Source: Amoebophrya sp. A120 (Eukaryota; Protista; Dinoflagellata). From it: a stretch of DNA of 64,000 bases. This document shows, one piece after another, positions 58,795 through 64,000 of this stretch. The first letter of the stretch is position 1; each line of letters starts with the position of its first letter. The DNA lies in NCBI GenBank assembly GCA_905178155.1, contig CAJINV010000004.1, positions 10,771,655-10,835,654 of the forward strand, given 5' to 3'. A model generated the notes under the pieces. The model made no database searches. It had not been told where the DNA came from and saw only the letters and a list, made by a program, of their open reading frames with translations. The translations under genes and the position numbers were made by a program.

Positions 58795-59171
58795 TTCTAG
58801 TAGTTTGTCGATGAAACTGTACGGACTATATACCCACTGGCTTTTTCGAGAAGTTCGGAATTTTCATCAAAAGCTGTTTCCTCGCCCAAAAAGGTTAGAT
58901 TTCTCGTACACCGACATATATTTCAACATTTTGGTACTAGAGATAATGCCCGCTGTGTATGATCTACTTAAGCATGTTGATGCTCGAGGAAATTTGCCGT
59001 TTCAAAATCAAACTTGTGCGTTTTTGCAGCCATTTGATCATGGCTTTTCTTGGAGTTGGAAAATGAAGTTTCAAAAGAAACAGCCCCTCTTGGAGGTTCG
59101 AAAAGCATTGGGTGCAGGAGGTGCACCAGATGTTCATCTCGTTGGATACTTTAGTGGAATCGGGTGAGTGT

Positions 59172-59185
59172 CGTAGCCATTTTGG
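59172..59185 (+). other. Relic dinoflagellate spliced-leader-like sequence
   Basis: CGTAGCCATTTTGG is a 14-nt exact match to DinoSL (DCCGTAGCCATTTTGGCTCAAG), in sense orientation about 230 bp upstream of the ATG at 59418. Confidence 0.6.
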
Positions 59186-59417
59186 TCTCCATGACCTTCC
59201 TTTCCGAAGATCAAGACGGCTTCTCCTACGGGACCAGTCCCTGTTTTCAGAAAATATCATTCTCCATTGTGAAGTCAACTTTTTTGTGACGATCGAAAAG
59301 CAAAAGAAACATCGCGATCGCTTCTTGTTTTTCGCAACATGACGTGTGCGGCCTGGAAGTCGCAACCTTACATAACGAAGTCATTTTTTCATTTCCTCGT
59401 TCTTCCAAGTTGAGAGA

Positions 59418-62400
59418 ATGCAGCACGTGCGACCTTTATCCCGTTTTTCGTGCCATCCGCGGCCACGGGCGGCGAAGTTGCTTTCGCGAGATCAACATTA
59501 CAGGTCTGCTGGTTCTCGCACCCGGTTCTTGTACGACGACCTCACACCTGGTGGACGTGCGGAACAAAGGTCCTTCGCGACTGCCAGCGCTAGTAGTACG
59601 AGCGCCGTTGAGCCCAGCTTTCTAGACCGCCATGCCGAAATGCAGCACGCCAACCGTTCCATGCTCCGTCCCTATCAGCACCTGCGACTACATAGTGGCG
59701 ACAGCTTTGGGGCGGTTGGTCCAGCAGGTGTAGCGACAAGCTCTGCGGGTGCAGCAGCTGCAACAAGTGTTTCTTTACAAAACAACCCCTGGTTGCCGTC
59801 GTCCGAGACAATGCCAAAATCCGTACCGCTCGCAATGCCCAAGTTGGTCGTCGAGCCTTCGAGGTCGACAAAGATAAACGCAACTTCTACGCCTTCACCG
59901 GCCGATTGGCTCCGGGAGATGCGCAGTATTCTGGATTCGAGGCTGCACGTGACGGGGGCGATTTTGTTCCGTAACGTGCTCTCCGACAAGTTCGGTTTTC
60001 ACGACGTCACCAGCCAGCTTGGCTATCCGCCGATCAACAGCTACGCCGGCGGGGCCGCGCTGCGGGAGGAGGTGGGAGCCGATGGAACAAAGGCGGAGAC
60101 TGATGATGAAACAGCTCCCGCCTCCAAGGGACCTCAACATCAAGCCGTGTCAGCGCCGGCAGCCGCTGCGGTTTTCACTGCCTCTGACGAGCTGCCAGTT
60201 GTGATATTGGAGCCACACCAAGAGGCGAGCTACATGCCGAGCTACCCGCAGAAATTTTTTCTCTATTGTTCCGTCCCCGCTGTGGAAGGCGGGGAGAGCT
60301 GCGTCACGGACATGCGCGCGGTCACGGCGGATCTCCTGGCAGAGAAGCCTGAGCTGATGGAAAAATTGAAGCGAAAGAAGGTCCGCTACATTTTCCGCAT
60401 GGGCGCGGATAGTGCGGCCTATTACAACTGGCCCAAGCAGCTGGGAAACGGAACGGCGGACAAAGAAGCCGTGGAAAAAATGCTACACGAAAGGTACGTA
60501 TCAAATGCAAAAATGTCTGGGTCTGGAAGAATGCAAGATTTGTCATGCATATTTCTCATGACCCATAATGCCTGGAATGCGTGACCTAGCATCGTAGACT
60601 TTTAGAAAGCTTCCCGATACACCTTCCGCATGAGAAATGCCCTGTCCGTGTAGCACAAACTGCACCCCTCTTGCTGGTCATGCAATACAAATTTTCTTAG
60701 AGTCCGAAAACAGCATGACAAGTTGCAATCTTCCAGACCCAGACATTTTTGCAGTTGATAGTACGTCAATCGCGACTTGCGGACGAACTGGTCCGACAAC
60801 GCTACGGGGCGAGGTTTAGTAAAAGAATTATTGTCCTCGTCTTCTTCGGATAACTCTACTAGTAGAGGTAAATCCCTGCCGCTGCCGGAGCTGGAATTCT
60901 CCTACACAAACGAAGCTTTTGTTGAGCACCCCACGACGGGCGAGATACTTTTCTTCAACCAGGCTGCGGTCTGTCACAGCAGCTACTTCAGCTACCACCC
61001 CGATTGGAAACCGGTCACCAAGTCCGCGACGGTACCCGGAGGTAAAAATCACGAGGACAAGACGAGAGACCACGATGTTCCCCGTTGGATCCGCATTTCG
61101 GAAAACAACACAGCACAATACGCCCCGTTCGACACGTGTTTCGGTGACGGGGAGCCGTTTAGTGAAGATGACGTCAGTTCCATCCGGCGAACCGTCTGGA
61201 AGCACACGATCGCGCTAAAGGCAGAAAAGCACGACTTGTTGGTGTTGGACAATTTGCTGGCCGCACACGGCAGGTTTGGCTGGGACGGCGACAAATTCGA
61301 GCGGAAGCTGCAGGTTAGCTTGATGGAACCGGGGATGTGGGGGCGCAGCGAAAACAATAGTGCGACCACAGAAGTCGAAGAGGGAGCAGGAGAACCTTTC
61401 AAAGAAGTTGCGCCAAATAAACTAACAGCCGAAGCAGCTAGCACCCAGGAAATCAATCTTCCGAGCTCGTCTACTTCCCCCTTCGGCATCTTTCCCGCGC
61501 CGGCGAACGCGGACTCGCCGGCATTACTGCCCTCCCTGCTTCATCAACTACCGGACTTCAACGGGCTGCTAGTTTTCCGGAATGCTGGGTCGGTGTTCGC
61601 GAAAAACCTGCAGGAAGCGATTTTAGCAGCTGCTGCTGATGATGAAAATGGTACAAGGGGATCTTCTGCTAGCGACCCGCCCTCGTCAGTTCTTCTTGCA
61701 AAGGAGTTGTTCGGTCTCGACCGGGCAAGCACCACGAAGTGCATCTTCATTGAGGACGTGGACAACTGCAAATCTGCGTCTGCGCCCTTCGAACTTGTCG
61801 CCAAGCCAACATCTTCTACTTCTACTGCAAGCTGCCCTGACAGCACGACAAGTGATGTTCTTTTTGAGGACGCCGCGAAGAAAACAACGCCACCTTCCCT
61901 CGTGCTGCACCCGCTGCATGGGCGCATGAGTGTCACGAGCGCTGCCTTGGCTGACGCCACCGGACTGGTCCTGAAACCGAAAAATGCACCAGCCACGACA
62001 ATGTTAAAACAAGGCAGTAGTTTTTCTGCAGATAATGCTAAGATCAAACTGCAGCCCAACGACGTGATTCTGGTTGACCGTTTGCTCGCCGACATCGAGG
62101 AACTACCCGGCGCGGCGATCGTCGTGGGAGGGGGTAGCAGCAGCACGGCACCAGCGCGCCACCAGGGTAGTGACATATCAAATGCAAATAGTTCTGGCTC
62201 TGCATGACAAACTTTGTCTGGGAAGTCTGTCTGACAGACTTGAGAGCCATGCTGGCCGAGCATGAGAAGCTTTGCATTCTTCCAGACCTCCCAGACATAT
62301 TTGCTTTTGCAATGCATAGAATGCATATGACAGCGCATCAAGAACTACTATGACGGCACCTGTACAACTATCCTGGTCCGAATCCCGGGCAGATCTCTGG

Positions 62401-63348
62401 TCCAGCGCGGAGAAGTTTACGACCCACGTTACCGAGCACTTTCACCCGAAAAACCCCTTCAACTACGTGCAGCCCTTCAGTCTGCTGTCCTCCCTCGAGA
62501 AGGATATCGAGCTGAAGCGTGACATGGCCCGGGCGCACCGGTTGTTGAACCACTTCGAGCTCGACGAGCTGGTCTGGAACCACGTGTCCGGGCGGTCGTT
62601 TGCGCGGAAAAACCGTTTTTTCATCAGTAACGGGGACAAGACCTTCGAGCAAATGTGCGAACAGGACATGGTCCTGGAGTCGAACGGCAGCAACCAAACC
62701 GGGCAGGTGATCCACGGCGCGGTCTACATGGCGCGGCCGGACGTGAACGCGATCGTGCACGCGCACAGCCCCGCCGTGGTGGCCTGCTGTTGCCTGAAGA
62801 ACGGGCTGGAGATCCTCGATCAGCGGGGCGGGGGGCACTTGCACCGGATCGTGTACTATGACTGGAATGGGATCTCCGACAGTCTGGAAAAGGAGTGCCG
62901 CCTGTTCATGGAATGCGTCGCGTTCGAAAAAGTGAATACAATCATGCTGAAGCACCACGGAGCGCTGGTGCTCGGCGGCACGTATCCTGTGCAAAAGTAT
63001 CGCACTCGTAGTAATTGCATTCATGCATTACACTCAAGGCAAAGAAATCAGCATTACAAATTTAATTTGTAATGCTGGGCTAATTTGTAATGCAATTTAT
63101 ACTAGTGCGATGCTTTTGCATTGCATAGCACGGTGCGGGAGGCCTTCGTGAACTACTTCTACTTGGAGCGACTGTGCGAAAACTGGCTCAAGGTGAACGC
63201 CAGCAACCTGGAAATCGAGCGGCCGAAAGCCGAAGTGGCGCAGGAGAGCGCGGCGTTTTTCGATTTGCCGCAGTACAAGGCGGGGAACAAGGAGTGGGCG
63301 CCCCTTGCGGCGATGGTGCATCGGAACTTGGGTGGAATACAGTTTTGA
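59418..63348 (+). CDS. TauD/TfdA-type Fe(II)/2-oxoglutarate dioxygenase fused to a class II aldolase/adducin domain (about 1118 aa, four exons)
   Basis: GAILFR, PHQEASY, FLYC..PAVEGGES, DLLVLDNLLAAHGR; then WNHVSGR, IHGAVYMARPDVNAIVHAHS, LKHHGALVLGGT|VREAF; all three junctions in frame (3357 nt). Confidence 0.88.
60499..60760. mobile_element. Family A intron element (opposite orientation to the 18723 copy)
   Basis: Family A TIRs; TSD GTACG. Confidence 0.95.
62176..62327. mobile_element. Short deleted family A intron element
   Basis: TATCAAATGCAAATAG / CCAGACATATTTGC..AATGCATA; TSD TGACA. Confidence 0.88.
62983..63127. mobile_element. Family D intron element
   Basis: TATCCTGTGCAAAAGTATCGCACT / AGTGCGATGCTTTTGCATTGCATA; TSD GCACG. 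Confidence 0.93.
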
Positions 63349-64000
63349 TTGATAAAAAGAACGAACAAATCTACGGTGGCACAAACTGACACTTCGCTTC
63401 TGTTTCGACCACCACTTACTGGGTTAGCTCGAAAGAGGCGCTGTTAGTTCACTTTATTTCTGAAAAACTAGATAAAAACACGAACAACCCAAACTCGTTT
63501 TTGTTTTTGGCGCAACAAGAAAAAATTACAGCATTTTGACTTTTTTTTACCGCGTTGGAAAATTAACGCAGGAGATGCACGCAACATCAGATGAATGCCA
63601 AGAAAAAATCCACGCGTGCCCTCGATCGTCCGTGTCCAGCAACATGAAGAAATCTTCAACTTGTTTAGGTAGTGATCTTATCAAGAGATTGATACTATGA
63701 ACGAACAACACTAAACATTTTGAATCGATTCTGTGTTGTGACCGGAGCGATTTGTGTTTGATTGGTTCCTGCATTCTGCTTTTGACCGGATCGCTCTCGG
63801 GGGTAAGTAAGCCTCAGTTTTGCTTTTGACGCAGTATACTTTTGGAAATTTTTACCGAAAAATGTCTGTAGCGTCCGGTCAGAGGGAGGGCTCCCTACCT
63901 TGCTAGTAGAGTGGCTGCTTAAGTACACAAATAAAAAAATCAAGCTGTGCCCGGCTGGCTTCATTTTTCCATCCGGTAGTTCTGGTCGCTTCCTCGGATG

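Noticed and set aside
18723-60760. Recurrent ORF-track peptides such as KMSGSG, PDPDIF and FQTQTF suggesting a protein family
   Set aside because: They are translations of the family A TIR in different frames
1-64000. Autonomous transposase for the intron elements, and tRNA/rRNA genes
   Set aside because: No DDE transposase-like ORF flanked by these TIRs and no recognisable structural RNA gene seen

Overview
Eukaryotic genomic DNA, most likely from a syndinian dinoflagellate such as Amoebophrya. That assignment is inferred from pervasive inverted-repeat non-canonical introns, a dinoflagellate spliced-leader-like relic and a short TTTAGGG-type repeat. Bases 1-13.4 kb form a nested retroelement cluster. 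It holds the 3' part of a Ty3/Gypsy LTR element (macrodomain-like region plus integrase, split by a MITE, followed by about 3.9 kb of extra ORFs, a PPT and the 3' LTR), inserted into a divergent Penelope/TERT-like RT ORF, followed by a truncated minus-strand Copia element. Bases 15-63.4 kb carry five plus-strand genes: a myotubularin, CTNNBL1, a CDK12/CDKC-like kinase, a roughly 3300-aa FHA-domain protein and a TauD-aldolase II fusion. The main signal is 34 MITE-like elements from several sequence families. They mostly end in 5'-TAT...ATA-3', have terminal inverted repeats and 5-bp target duplications, and behave as introns. Removing the element plus 5 nt restores invariant catalytic motifs (HRDLK, CSDGWDRT), yet only one element can be read as GT-AG in that register. 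Copies with diverged duplications point to a fixed cut geometry, 1 nt before the stem and 4 nt after it. The same element works in both orientations, elements nest inside each other, and older copies drift toward GT/AG. All splicing claims are inferred from reading frames; no RNA data were available.
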